Shown here piece after piece: positions 1 through 8,478 of a stretch of DNA of 24,000 bases; within the stretch, counting starts at the first letter, position 1; each line of letters opens with the position of its first letter. Origin of the DNA: Corynebacterium auriscanis (GTDB lineage Bacteria > Actinomycetota > Actinomycetes > Mycobacteriales > Mycobacteriaceae). Position numbers and translations under genes: made by a program. The notes under the pieces were generated by a model, which was not told where the DNA came from, searched no databases, and saw only the letters and a list, made by a program, of their open reading frames with translations. The stretch spans positions 268,572-292,571 of the forward strand of contig NZ_CP047046.1 of the NCBI RefSeq assembly GCF_030408435.1. The letters run 5' to 3'.

Positions 1-202
1 TGCCTCGTGGGGTTGTCTCGTTATTTCTTTCGGCGGTTGCCCTGCTGGATTCTGCGGTGCTTGCCTCGTAGGGTTGTCTCGTTGTTTCTTTCGGCGGTTG
101 CCCTGCTGGATTCTGCGGTGCTTGCCTCGTAGGGTTGTCTCGTTGTTTCTTTCGGCGGTTGCCCTGCTGGATTCTGCGGTGCTTGCCTCGTAGGGTTGTC
201 TC
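1..202. repeat. 61-bp tandem repeat array, at least 3.3 copies, truncated by the left window edge
   Basis: The unit tgcctcgtagggttgtctcgttgtttctttcggcggttgccctgctggattctgcggtgct starts at 1, 62 and 123. Copies 2 and 3 are identical and copy 1 has 2 mismatches. A partial 19-nt copy lies at 184-202. A period of 61 is not a multiple of 3, so successive copies fall in different reading frames. Confidence 0.9.
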
Positions 203-263
203 CCGCTTTGGTTGCAATCTGTCTGAACAGCACTCCCTGCCGTTTTTCACGCCCCAAAAGACG

Positions 264-1837
264 AATGTGCAGCAGAACTCCAACAAGAACGCGTGGTGGG
301 GTCTAGTGGTGAATGCAACACCCTGATTTGTTCATGAGGTGTTGATGATGTCCTACACTCCCGATCCTGCTGTTGTTGCTGCTTTCGACCTGATCGCGAA
401 CCACCGCTACAGCGCACTGCACGCAGCCCAAGCCACCGGCTGTACCGACCGTGCGTTGCGGGACTACATCACAAGCCAAGGTGCGCGCCTTGCGCGGGGA
501 CGTGGTGGTGGTCTTGCCACCCACAAGACAACCACCCAGATGATGGTCATGTTCTTAGCATGTGCTGGGCGAAGTGATCACGATATTGCCGCCAGAACTG
601 GTGTCCACCCAGTTACCGTGTACCGGTGGGTACATAATTCTGTCATGCCTGTGTCCCGCCCGTCGGTATCGTCGACAAGTAACCGTGATCAACCCATTGT
701 GTTGTCAGTAGACCCCGTGGTGGTGAATTATCAGCCAGCGACGGTCAAAGTCGGCCGGGGTATGCGCTTAACCGCGTTCGACCGGGTGTACATCAAGTTT
801 TGCCTAGATCAGAGTTATTCCATCCGCCGCACCGCCCGACAACTCGGCAGGCATCCCAGCGTGATCAGCCGCGAGGTCACCCGCAACAGTATCGACGGGG
901 TGTATCACCCACTGATAGCCCAGCAACGCAGCATCGATGCAGCCAAACGCCCGAAACCGCGAAAACTTGATGCTCATACCACGTTACGACGTATCGTCAT
1001 TCGACTGCTTGAACCGGCAGGTCTCACCGAAACGTATCGTAGCTAGGCTGAAACGTTTATCCGGCATTCATCAGGAGTTGACCTTGTCACACGAAACGAT
1101 GTACCAAGCCCTCTACGTCCAAGCAGCTGGTGGGCTACGCCATGAGTTAACCGTCGACTACGCCCTTTCGATCAGGTCGCACAGGACGACGACCCCGCTC
1201 GAAGCTACCGACTCGCGGGCGCGGGGCGAAACCATGGGTTCATGGCGCGACAATACTCCACCCGCCCACCACACGCTGCTGACCGGGCGGTGCCAGGGCA
1301 TTGGGAAGGTGACCTCGTGTGAGGCGCTCAGGGTGGAAAGCACGCGATCATCACCTTGATAGAACGGCATAGCCGGTTGTTCATGGCCAGGTTGTTAACC
1401 ACCGATCACACGTCCCAGACCGTGGTCACCGCGTTGAAAGACATGCTCGGGCAGATCAACCAGATGGCTATCGCCCCAGACCGTCGCGTCCAGACCCTGA
1501 CCTGGGATCAGGGCGCGGAAATGGCTGCCAGTGGTCAGCTGGCCGAACATTTTGAGGGGTTGAAGCTCTACTTCTGCGATCCGCACTCCCCATGGCAGCG
1601 GCCGAGTAACGAGAATATTAATGCCGAGCTACGCCGATTCATTCCGAAAGGCACCGATCTTGCCACGGTGACCCATGAGCAACTCCAGGAATATGAAGAC
1701 CTGATCAACGACACTCCACGGGTGGTGCTAGATGGGCTGACCCCGAGGGAAGTATTCTTTAACCTCGATCCATCCGAAGATGTTGCATTCACCGCCTGAC
1801 CCTTCCGCGTTATTCTGTCGGAGTTCTGCTGCACATT
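264..1837 (+). mobile_element. IS30-family insertion sequence, about 1.57 kb, degenerate, bounded by imperfect terminal inverted repeats of about 57 bp
   Basis: Left end 264-320 reads aatgtgcagcagaactcc...ggtgaatgcaaca. The reverse complement of 1781-1837 reads aatgtgcagcagaactcc...ggtgaatgcaaca. The outer 18 nt are identical, the middle is imperfect, and an inner block of about 13 nt is identical. These ends enclose the IS30-type transposase remnants. I see no clear target-site duplication: the flanks are acg and gtg. Confidence 0.85.
339..1799 (+). pseudogene. IS30-family DDE transposase, disrupted by frameshifts and a nonsense codon
   Basis: Three ORF-track pieces (339-1046, 937-1359, 1356-1799) together read as one IS30-type protein. 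The HTH region is RRTARQLGRHPSVISREVTRNS. The next segment, SPKRIVARLKRL...SHETMYQALYVQAAGGLRHEL, is in the +1 frame. VPGHWEGDLV (first catalytic D) is back in the original frame but runs straight into an in-frame TGA at 1320-1322. The reading then continues GKHAIITLIERHSRLF...LTWDQGAEM...HSPWQRPSNENINAELRRF (second D and the E). The frame changes fall near 1020-1046 and near 1170-1215. Confidence 0.85.
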
Positions 1838-1855
1838 GTGTGAATGAAGGTGGGG

Positions 1856-1893
1856 GTGGGCTGCGATCCGCCGGGTGGGCTGTGATCCGCCGG
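1856..1893. repeat. 19-bp tandem duplication immediately outside the right IS end
   Basis: gtgggctgcgatccgccgg (1856-1874) is followed directly by gtgggctgtgatccgccgg (1875-1893), with 1 mismatch. Confidence 0.7.
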
Positions 1894-1989
1894 GGGCTAT
1901 GGGTAGTGCCCCGTGTCAGCAGAGCGCCCAGCACCCCACCCCATCCCGGCAAGTTCACGCCCGTCGCGGCAGCCCCCGCCCCGCGGAGA

Positions 1990-4335
1990 TTACTTCCGCA
2001 GGGACTCTGGAACCTCGAACCGCTCGCCGTACTTCGCGGCCAGCTCCTCGGCACGGGCAACGAATCCAGCCACACCCGCGGTTGGGTAATCGCCACCGTC
2101 GGTCTCGGCCTTCTTGCCTGCGGGCAGAACGGCGCCGGCAGGGCGCGCGTAGTTCTTGATGTACTGGCGGGTACCACCCGTCCAGGCAGGGAAACCGATA
2201 CCCAGGATGGATCCGATGTTCGCATCGGCATCGCTGGTCAGAACGCCCTCATCCAGGCACTTCTGGGTCTCGATGGCCTCGGCGAACAGCATGCGCTCCA
2301 CGAGGTCGATGAACGCAGGCGCGTCTGCAGCAACGTCGGAACCGGCAGCCTTCTCGGTGCCTTCCAGCTGGCCGTAGCCCTCAGCCTTGCGTGCAGCGCC
2401 TTCGGTAGCGCCGTCCAGGCCGTGGCCGGAAAGGGTGGACTCTGCATCGGCAACCTTGACCTTGCCAGCGCCCAGTTCGTCCCACAGTCCGCGCCACAGT
2501 CCAGCGCGACGACCTTCTTCGTTGTACTCGTAGAAGCCCTTGCCTTCGAGTTTGCCCGGGCGGTCGTACACGTCCAGCATCTTGTCGACAATCTCGGTCA
2601 CACCGCCATCGTCGACCTTCAGTCCAGCAGCTTCCTGAGCAGCGCGCGTCTCGGAACCAATCTTGCGCGCCAGCTTCAGGTTCAGCTCATCTTGCAGTTG
2701 CAGTGGTGGCGCTGGGTAACCAGCTTGGCGACCGGCAGCTTCGATGACGGCTGGGTCCACACCTTCGGCGAGCATGCGCATCGCCTCGTTCAGGAAGAAA
2801 CCGATAACGCGGGAGGTGTAGAAGCCGCGGGAGTCGTTGACCACGATCGGGGTCTTGCGGATCTGACCGGTGAAGTCCAGGGCCGCGGCCAAGGTCTCAT
2901 CGGAAGTTTCCTCGCCCTTGATGATCTCAACCAGCGGCATCTTGTCCACAGGGGAGAAGAAGTGGATGCCGATGAAGTCCTTTGGACGTTTCACACCGGT
3001 TGCCAGCTCCGTGATCGGCAGCGTGGAGGTGTTGGAACCCAGCACGCAATTGTCTGGCACAGCGGCCTCAATCTCGGCCCACACCTTGTGCTTGAGCTCG
3101 GTGTTCTCGAAAACGGCTTCGATGACGATGTCACAGTCGGACAGGTCGGAGTAGTCTACGGATGGTGTAATGCGGTCCAGCAACGCCTTGGACTTCTCTT
3201 CGGTGGTCTTGCCACGCTTCAGCGCCTTGGCTTCCAGCGCCTCGGAGTAGGACTTGCCCTTTTCCGCGGCCTCCATCTTGATGTCCTTCAGCACGACTTC
3301 CATGCCGGACTTGGCAGCTACGTATGCGATAGCTGCGCCCATCATTCCGGCACCGACCATACCCAGCTTCTGGAATTGGCGTGGTTCGATGCCTTCGGGG
3401 CGCTGCCCGCCACCGTTGCAGTACTGCAGGTCGAAGAAGAAAGCCTGCATCATGTTCTTGGAGGTAGGGCCGGTGACCAGTTCTACGAAGTAGCGGGTTT
3501 CTACGCGGGTGGCCTCTTCGATGTTCTTCAGTTGCAGACCTTCAACGGCGGCCTTGAGGATTGCCTTCGGTGCAGGCATTGGGGCGCCCTTGATCTGTTT
3601 GGTGACGTTAGCTGGGAAGGATGGCAGGAATGCTGCCAGTTTCGGGTTGGTGGGGGTGCCACCTGGAACCTTGTAACCTTCGGTATCCCATGGCTGCTTG
3701 GCCTCGGGGTTTTCTTTTGCCCACTTCTTCGCAGCGTCGAGCAGCTGGTCGGCTGGCACGATGTTGTCGATCAAGCCGGTTTTCTTCGCGTCCTCGGCAT
3801 TGAACTGACGACCGGTGGTGAGGACCTTCATCAGTGCATCTTGCAGGCCCAGCATGCGGACCACGCGGGTCACACCGCCGCCACCTGGCAGCAGGCCGAG
3901 GGTGACTTCAGGCAGCCCAACTTTCAGTCCCTTGGCGTCGGAGGCGATGCGGTGGTGAGCGGCTAGCGCGATCTCTAGGCCACCACCCAATGCGGCGCCG
4001 TTGATGGCGGCTACGACTGGAACACCCAGGGTCTCGAGGGTGCGCAGGTTGGCCTTCATGGTGTCGATCTGCTCGGTCAGCGCAGGGGCGTCTGCCGGGG
4101 TGGCCTTGATCATGGATTTGATGTCGCCGCCAGCGAAGAAGGTCTTCTTTGCGGAAGCTAGGACGATGCCCTTGACCTCACCGGCCTCTACGGCTTCCTT
4201 GACCTTTGCCACGGTGTCCACGAGGTCGTTTTGGAAGGTTTGGTTCATGGTGTTGACCGGCGCGTTGGGGTCATCCATCGTCAGGGTGAGGATGCCGTCT
4301 GCGTCCGTCTCCCACTTGAACATGTTGTCGCTCAT
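1990..4335 (-). CDS. fadB: Fatty-acid oxidation multifunctional protein: enoyl-CoA hydratase fused to 3-hydroxyacyl-CoA dehydrogenase (FadB type)
   Basis: 781-aa ORF. The N-terminal crotonase-fold segment includes KKTFFAGGDIKSM and GGGLEIALAAHHRIA. The central Rossmann GxGxxG is LGMVGAGMMGAAIAYV, followed by the HFFSPV segment typical of 3-hydroxyacyl-CoA dehydrogenases. The ATG at 4335 is preceded by AGGAGA. The gene lies 112 bp downstream of a thiolase gene on the same strand, the classical fadA-fadB order. Confidence 0.95.
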   Translation of the reverse strand: MSDNMFKWETDADGILTLTMDDPNAPVNTMNQTFQNDLVDTVAKVKEAVEAGEVKGIVLASAKKTFFAGGDIKSMIKATPADAPALTEQIDTMKANLRTLETLGVPVVAAINGAALGGGLEIALAAHHRIASDAKGLKVGLPEVTLGLLPGGGGVTRVVRMLGLQDALMKVLTTGRQFNAEDAKKTGLIDNIVPADQLLDAAKKWAKENPEAKQPWDTEGYKVPGGTPTNPKLAAFLPSFPANVTKQIKGAPMPAPKAILKAAVEGLQLKNIEEATRVETRYFVELVTGPTSKNMMQAFFFDLQYCNGGGQRPEGIEPRQFQKLGMVGAGMMGAAIAYVAAKSGMEVVLKDIKMEAAEKGKSYSEALEAKALKRGKTTEEKSKALLDRITPSVDYSDLSDCDIVIEAVFENTELKHKVWAEIEAAVPDNCVLGSNTSTLPITELATGVKRPKDFIGIHFFSPVDKMPLVEIIKGEETSDETLAAALDFTGQIRKTPIVVNDSRGFYTSRVIGFFLNEAMRMLAEGVDPAVIEAAGRQAGYPAPPLQLQDELNLKLARKIGSETRAAQEAAGLKVDDGGVTEIVDKMLDVYDRPGKLEGKGFYEYNEEGRRAGLWRGLWDELGAGKVKVADAESTLSGHGLDGATEGAARKAEGYGQLEGTEKAAGSDVAADAPAFIDLVERMLFAEAIETQKCLDEGVLTSDADANIGSILGIGFPAWTGGTRQYIKNYARPAGAVLPAGKKAETDGGDYPTAGVAGFVARAEELAAKYGERFEVPESLRK

Positions 4336-4447
4336 TTGTGTCTCCTAAAAGCTCTTTTTATTCCGACGCCGCCTTGTTTTGCGTTGTTCGTGGCCTCGGA
4401 TTGGGGGCTTGTTTTCTTCGGATTTGGGTTGGTGGAAGACGTGCCGT

Positions 4448-5677
4448 TTAGACGCGCTCGATGATGGTTGCGACACCCATGCCGGCGGCAACACACAAGG
4501 TGATCAGAGCGTAGCGGCCACCGGTACGGTGCAGCTCGTCCACAGCGGTGCCGGTGATGATTGCACCGGTTGCGCCCAGTGGGTGGCCCATTGCGATGGC
4601 GCCACCGGAAACGTTGAGTTTCTCGTCTGGGATGTGCAGCTCGCGTTGTGCGCGCAGGACCACGGAGGAGAATGCTTCGTTGATCTCCCAGATGTCGATG
4701 TCCTCTGCCTTGAGGCCGGCTTTGGCGAGGGCTGCACGGGATGCTGGTGCCGGGGCGGTCAGCATGATGGTGGGCTCGACACCGGAGGTGGCAACGGAGA
4801 CAACGCGGGCGCGTGGCTCCAGGCCGTAGTCCTTTCCAGCCTTTTCGGAGCCGATTGCCAGTAGGGCGGCGCCGTCGACGATGCCGGAGGAGTTACCAGC
4901 GTGGTGCAGGTGGTTGATCTTTTCCAGCTGTGGGTACTTGGTCTGGGCCACGGCGTCGAAACCACCCTGGTCGCCAATGGTGGCGAAGGCTGGGCGTAGG
5001 CCGGATAGGCTTTCAACGGTGGTGCCAGGGCGAATCGTCTCGTCGCGTTCCAGGATGGTGATACCGTTTTGGTCTTTCACGGGGATTACCGTGCGATCGA
5101 AGCGGCCTTCCTCCCATGCCTTGGCGGCGCGTTCGTGGGAACGGGCCGCGAAAGCGTCGACGTCCTCCCGGGTCAGGCCGTCGAGGGAAGCGATGATGTC
5201 CGCGGAGATTCCCTGCGGGATGAAGTCATTGTAGAAGTTGGACTCTGGATCCAGCGCCAGCGCGCCGCCATCGGAGCCCATGGGTACGCGGGACATGGAT
5301 TCTACGCCGCCGGCGAAGACTAGGTCGTCCCAGCCGGAACGGATCTTTTGGGCGGCGAGGTTCACAGCGGTCAGGCCGGATGCGCAGTAACGGTTGATCT
5401 GCACGCCGGTGGCCGTGTATGGCAGGCCTGCGTTTAGTGCGGCGGTACGGGCAATGTCCATGCCTTGGTCGCCAACTGGGGTCACGCATCCAGCGATGAT
5501 GTCGCCGATGTGATCTGGGTTGATGCCTGGGTTGCGCTCCATGATTGCCTCAATGAGGCTGCTCAGCAGCGTGGTGGGCTTGATGGTGTGCAGTGCTCCG
5601 CCGGGCTTGCCCTTGCCGCGTGGGGTGCGGACAGCGTCGTAGATAAAGGCCTCTGGGGCGCCAGTGGTACTGGTCAT
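4448..5677 (-). CDS. fadA: Acetyl-CoA C-acyltransferase (3-ketoacyl-CoA thiolase)
   Basis: Thiolase signatures are NRYCASGL (nucleophilic Cys), [17 protein letters not shown] (His region) and LCVAAGMG (C-terminal Cys). I prefer the ATG at 5677, which gives [23 protein letters not shown] with AGGA about 12 nt upstream. The ORF-track start at 5794 would add 39 non-thiolase residues. Confidence 0.92.
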   Translation of the reverse strand: MTSTTGAPEAFIYDAVRTPRGKGKPGGALHTIKPTTLLSSLIEAIMERNPGINPDHIGDIIAGCVTPVGDQGMDIARTAALNAGLPYTATGVQINRYCASGLTAVNLAAQKIRSGWDDLVFAGGVESMSRVPMGSDGGALALDPESNFYNDFIPQGISADIIASLDGLTREDVDAFAARSHERAAKAWEEGRFDRTVIPVKDQNGITILERDETIRPGTTVESLSGLRPAFATIGDQGGFDAVAQTKYPQLEKINHLHHAGNSSGIVDGAALLAIGSEKAGKDYGLEPRARVVSVATSGVEPTIMLTAPAPASRAALAKAGLKAEDIDIWEINEAFSSVVLRAQRELHIPDEKLNVSGGAIAMGHPLGATGAIITGTAVDELHRTGGRYALITLCVAAGMGVATIIERV

Positions 5678-5803
5678 GACAGTCCTGGTTCCTAACTTCG
5701 GTCGGGGTTTGGCCCAGTCGTTGTGCAGGAATCCGGCGCTTTTCCGGAATGCTGCCGTTCTGGCGGTAAGTTCCGGTGACGCCACCCGACTCAAACTGGG
5801 CCG

Positions 5804-5819
5804 TGTGTCCTAGGCCACA
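5804..5819. promoter_or_regulatory. 16-bp near-perfect palindrome upstream of fadA (candidate operator)
   Basis: TGTGTCCTAGGCCACA has 7 of 8 symmetric pairs. It lies 127-142 nt upstream of the preferred fadA start and 30-45 nt past the stop of the methyltransferase gene. No regulator can be assigned from sequence alone. Confidence 0.3.
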
Positions 5820-5848
5820 TTACCCGCTTTGTCCACACTTAGTTGTAT

Positions 5849-7216
5849 TTACATGTCTGTTCCGCCCCCGCCGAGGTCCCCCTGCTTGCGTAAGACGATG
5901 ACCAAGTTGGATACCGCGAATTCGCGAAAGCCTGGAATGTGCACCATCCACCACGCCCACCAGGGGTGATAACGAGGAAACGCGGCGATAAACTCTGCCG
6001 CGGGTGTGGCCCCAGTAGAACTCGGGTATGCGCCTGCATCAAGCGCGTCCGCACCCATGGCACGCGGAATGGTCTCACTTGCACTATGGTCTGCCGCGGG
6101 TGCAGTCCCGGTAGCGCTTGCGCCGGTGTGGGAACCATTTGCGTCCGCGGGGAGAAGTTCGGCACCGCGACCAGCTTCACGCGGATTCTCCGCACCCCAG
6201 CCGTAGCGCAACCCGGCAGCTGCGGACACGTTAAACAGGCTTTCGCCCCACCTATTCTTCGGTTCTTTGCCGTGTTTCCGTCGGTATCGCCGCGCGGCAA
6301 ATTCCCCGCCTACGTAGTGCTGCCACAAACCAGTTTCGTGCCCACCGAACGGGCCCAGCCATACGGTGTAGCTATAGATAACGACACCGCCGGGCTTGGT
6401 CACCCGCAGCATCTCATCGGCCATTCGCCACGGGTCAGGCACGTGCTCGGCCACGTTGGAGCTGTAGGTAATGTCAAAAGAATTATCCAAAAAAGGCAGG
6501 TCAAGGCCCGATCCGCGCACTGAGCTCTGCAGTTTGATACCCGCTGCGGCCATTTCCCCAACATCGGGCTCGCACGTGTAGTACGTGGCGTCAGCCTTGG
6601 AAAAAGCCACCCCGAAGTAGCCTGGACCGCCGCCGACATCCAACACCCGGGTTCCGGCTAGGCTGCGGTCCTGGGGTGGGTTGTCGGTATGGCCATCAAC
6701 TGGACTGTCGGTTGGGTTGCCGCTACGGGTGTCTGCTTCTTTATCTGACGCCGTCGCGCCCCGCCACACCGCTTCAATCAAGCTCACGGTATCCGCGGCT
6801 AGGTGTCCGTAGAAAATGTCCGGACGGGTTTGCTCGTATTTGAAATCGGTGAGCAGGCCCCACGCTCGGCGGAAACTAGCACGGGGGCGCCAGAACTGCA
6901 GGGTCTGGTGGGTGCGGCGGGTGAGGGCGAGGGTGCGCCATCCGCGTGGGGTGGCACTGTTAGACGGGGTGGTAGTGCTGAGTGGGGTGGTGCGCGAGGT
7001 GCGGCGGGTGAGGGCAAGGGTGCGCCATCCGCGTGGGGTGGCGCTGCTAGACGGGGTGCTACTGCCAGACGGGGTGGTAGTGCTGAGTGGGGTGGTGCGC
7101 GAGGTGCGGCGGGTGAGGGCGAGGGTGCGCCATCCGCGCGGGGTGGTGCTGCTAGACGTGGTGGTGCGCGAGGTGCGGCGAGCACGTCGTGAACCGCGGA
7201 GGAAACGGGAAAGCAT
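5849..7216 (-). CDS. mtrP: Class I SAM-dependent methyltransferase, Rv0224c/MtrP type, with a repeat-bearing N-terminal extension
   Basis: SAM-binding motif I is VLDVGGGPGYFG. Further matches are FDITYSSNVAEHVPDP and LRVTKPGGVVIY. The conserved N-terminal segment is LLTDFKYEQTRPDIFYGHLAADT. The gene sits divergently next to a GT4 gene, as Rv0224c sits next to Rv0225. I prefer the ATG at 7216 over 7273, because 7217-7302 is AT-rich and looks intergenic. The gene symbol is a positional and family inference from memory of C. glutamicum MtrP, not a verified orthology. Confidence 0.82.
   Translation of the reverse strand: MLSRFLRGSRRARRTSRTTTSSSTTPRGWRTLALTRRTSRTTPLSTTTPSGSSTPSSSATPRGWRTLALTRRTSRTTPLSTTTPSNSATPRGWRTLALTRRTHQTLQFWRPRASFRRAWGLLTDFKYEQTRPDIFYGHLAADTVSLIEAVWRGATASDKEADTRSGNPTDSPVDGHTDNPPQDRSLAGTRVLDVGGGPGYFGVAFSKADATYYTCEPDVGEMAAAGIKLQSSVRGSGLDLPFLDNSFDITYSSNVAEHVPDPWRMADEMLRVTKPGGVVIYSYTVWLGPFGGHETGLWQHYVGGEFAARRYRRKHGKEPKNRWGESLFNVSAAAGLRYGWGAENPREAGRGAELLPADANGSHTGASATGTAPAADHSASETIPRAMGADALDAGAYPSSTGATPAAEFIAAFPRYHPWWAWWMVHIPGFREFAVSNLVIVLRKQGDLGGGGTDM
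6911..7181 (-). repeat. In-frame tandem repeat inside the methyltransferase 5' region: units of 87, 105 and 69 bp plus a 10-nt stub
   Basis: The core ggtgcggcgggtgagggcgagggtgcgccatccgcgtggggtgg recurs at 6911, 6998 and 7103, with a partial copy at 7172. All unit lengths are multiples of 3. On the minus strand the array encodes TPRGWRTLALTRRTSRTTPLSTTTPS... three times. Confidence 0.9.
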
Positions 7217-7302
7217 AATGAAAGATACTCTTACACATTTTTCGAGCTGCTGCGTGCATTCTGGCAAGTCCACGCGACGAGACCGCTAAACTATTTATTG
7301 TT

Positions 7303-8478
7303 ATGAAAATTGTCCTGTTGTGCTGGCGCGATACCAATCATCCCGAAGGTGGGGGAAGTGAGCGGTATTTGGAATCCGTGGCGCAATACTTGGCCGATCA
7401 GGGCCATGAGGTGATGTTCCGCACTGCTATGTACCCAGGGGCAAAGCGCTTTGAGGTTGTGCAAAAGCTCGGTCATGCACCTGTGCAGTTTTCCCGAGGA
7501 GGGGGCAATATCACCGTGTATCCACGTGCGTGGTTGGCGCTGCTGGCGGGGCGGCTGGGCTTAAATGTTGGGCCACTCAAGCGGTTCGGCACACCGGATG
7601 TGGTTGTGGATACTCAAAATGGTGTTCCGTTTTTTGGGTCGCTGGTTTCTGGCGCACCCACCGTAGTGCTGACCCACCACTGTCACCGGGAGCAGTGGAA
7701 CGTCGCAGGACCGGTGTTGTCACGAATTGGGTGGCTGATTGAATCCCGAATCTCGCCCTGGTTGCATCGCCGGAATCGATGGGTCACCGTCTCCCAACCA
7801 TCGGCGGAGGAGCTGGAGGAGCTGGGCGTCGATAAAAAGAAAGTGACAATTATCCGCAACGGTGTAGACCCAGTACCGCACGGCCTCGACCGCGAGAAGG
7901 TGGGCAAGAGCAAACAAACGGTTCGGTTGGTGACGCTGTCTCGGCTGGTTCCGCACAAGCAGCTGGAACACGCTTTGGATGCGGTGGCAGCGCTGCGCCG
8001 GACGCACCCCAACGTGCGCCTAGACATCATTGGCGACGGTTGGTGGTTGGAGAAACTACAGGAGCATGCGGCGGAGCTGGGTGTGGAGCCCTACGTGGTT
8101 TTCCACGGGCATGTTTCTGAGGAGCTAAAGCACCGGATCTTGCAGCGCGCCGATATTCACGTGATGCCCAGCAGGAAGGAAGGATGGGGTTTGGCCGTGG
8201 TGGAAGCGGGCCAGCACGCAGTGCCCACGGTAGGGTACGAAACATCGGCTGGGCTGCGCGATTCCGTTATCGATGGGCAGACAGGGCTGCTGGCAGGGTC
8301 TGCCGGGGGGTTCATCAACGCGGTGGAGCAGCTGTTGGATCACCCAGAATGGCGCCGTGAACTGGGAGTGAATGCCCAGCGACGGGCACGGGAATTTAGC
8401 TGGGATGCCACGGGGGCGGCATGGGCTCAGCTGTTGGAGGAAGTCGTGGGGAGAGTCAGCGAACCCCCACTTCCTTAG
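7303..8478 (+). CDS. GT4-family glycosyltransferase (Rv0225 type)
   Basis: 391 aa. The N-terminus MKIVLLCWRDTNHPEGGGSERY and the C-terminal EX7E-type segment PSRKEGWGLAVVEAGQHAVPTVG are typical of GT-B/GT4 enzymes. The gene is divergent from the methyltransferase gene, matching Rv0224c/Rv0225 synteny. Confidence 0.9.
   Translation: MKIVLLCWRDTNHPEGGGSERYLESVAQYLADQGHEVMFRTAMYPGAKRFEVVQKLGHAPVQFSRGGGNITVYPRAWLALLAGRLGLNVGPLKRFGTPDVVVDTQNGVPFFGSLVSGAPTVVLTHHCHREQWNVAGPVLSRIGWLIESRISPWLHRRNRWVTVSQPSAEELEELGVDKKKVTIIRNGVDPVPHGLDREKVGKSKQTVRLVTLSRLVPHKQLEHALDAVAALRRTHPNVRLDIIGDGWWLEKLQEHAAELGVEPYVVFHGHVSEELKHRILQRADIHVMPSRKEGWGLAVVEAGQHAVPTVGYETSAGLRDSVIDGQTGLLAGSAGGFINAVEQLLDHPEWRRELGVNAQRRAREFSWDATGAAWAQLLEEVVGRVSEPPLP

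Noticed and set aside
1-202. CRISPR interpretation of the 61-bp array, and likewise of the 24-bp array at 19189-19356
   Set aside because: The units are directly abutting tandem copies with no unique spacers. There are no cas genes in the window, and the repeat lengths and architecture do not fit CRISPR.
21-257. 78-aa minus-strand ORF and 63-aa plus-strand ORF (135-326) over the 61-bp satellite
   Set aside because: Because the period is 61, each copy is read in a different frame. The ORFs are open simply because the unit lacks stop codons. There is no start context.
1894-1989. Terminator downstream of fadB
   Set aside because: Only short 5-bp GC stems are present (cgcgg...ccgcg) and there is no U-tract. 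That is not enough to call an intrinsic terminator.
1780-3966. 728-aa plus-strand ORF, with nested plus-strand ORFs at 1875-2159, 2156-2377, 2870-3154, 3254-3493 and 3621-3803
   Set aside because: It lies entirely antisense to the well-supported fadB gene. The translation is Gly/Leu/Val/Ala/His-rich with no recognisable motifs. Long open antisense frames are expected in high-GC coding DNA.
5678-5794. N-terminal extensions implied by the ORF track for fadA (to 5794), the methyltransferase (to 7273), the usp gene (to 17759), lpqI (from 17740) and the VanW gene (from 19489)
   Set aside because: In each case an internal start gives a canonical N-terminus or signal peptide and, in several cases, a better RBS. 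The extensions add non-homologous residues. The VanW start remains genuinely uncertain.
6799-7289. Repeat-containing ORFs on both strands (6799-7185 minus, 6803-7192 plus, 6816-7289 plus)
   Set aside because: They are alternative-frame readings of the same tandem repeat. Only the 5849-7216 frame continues into a recognisable methyltransferase domain.
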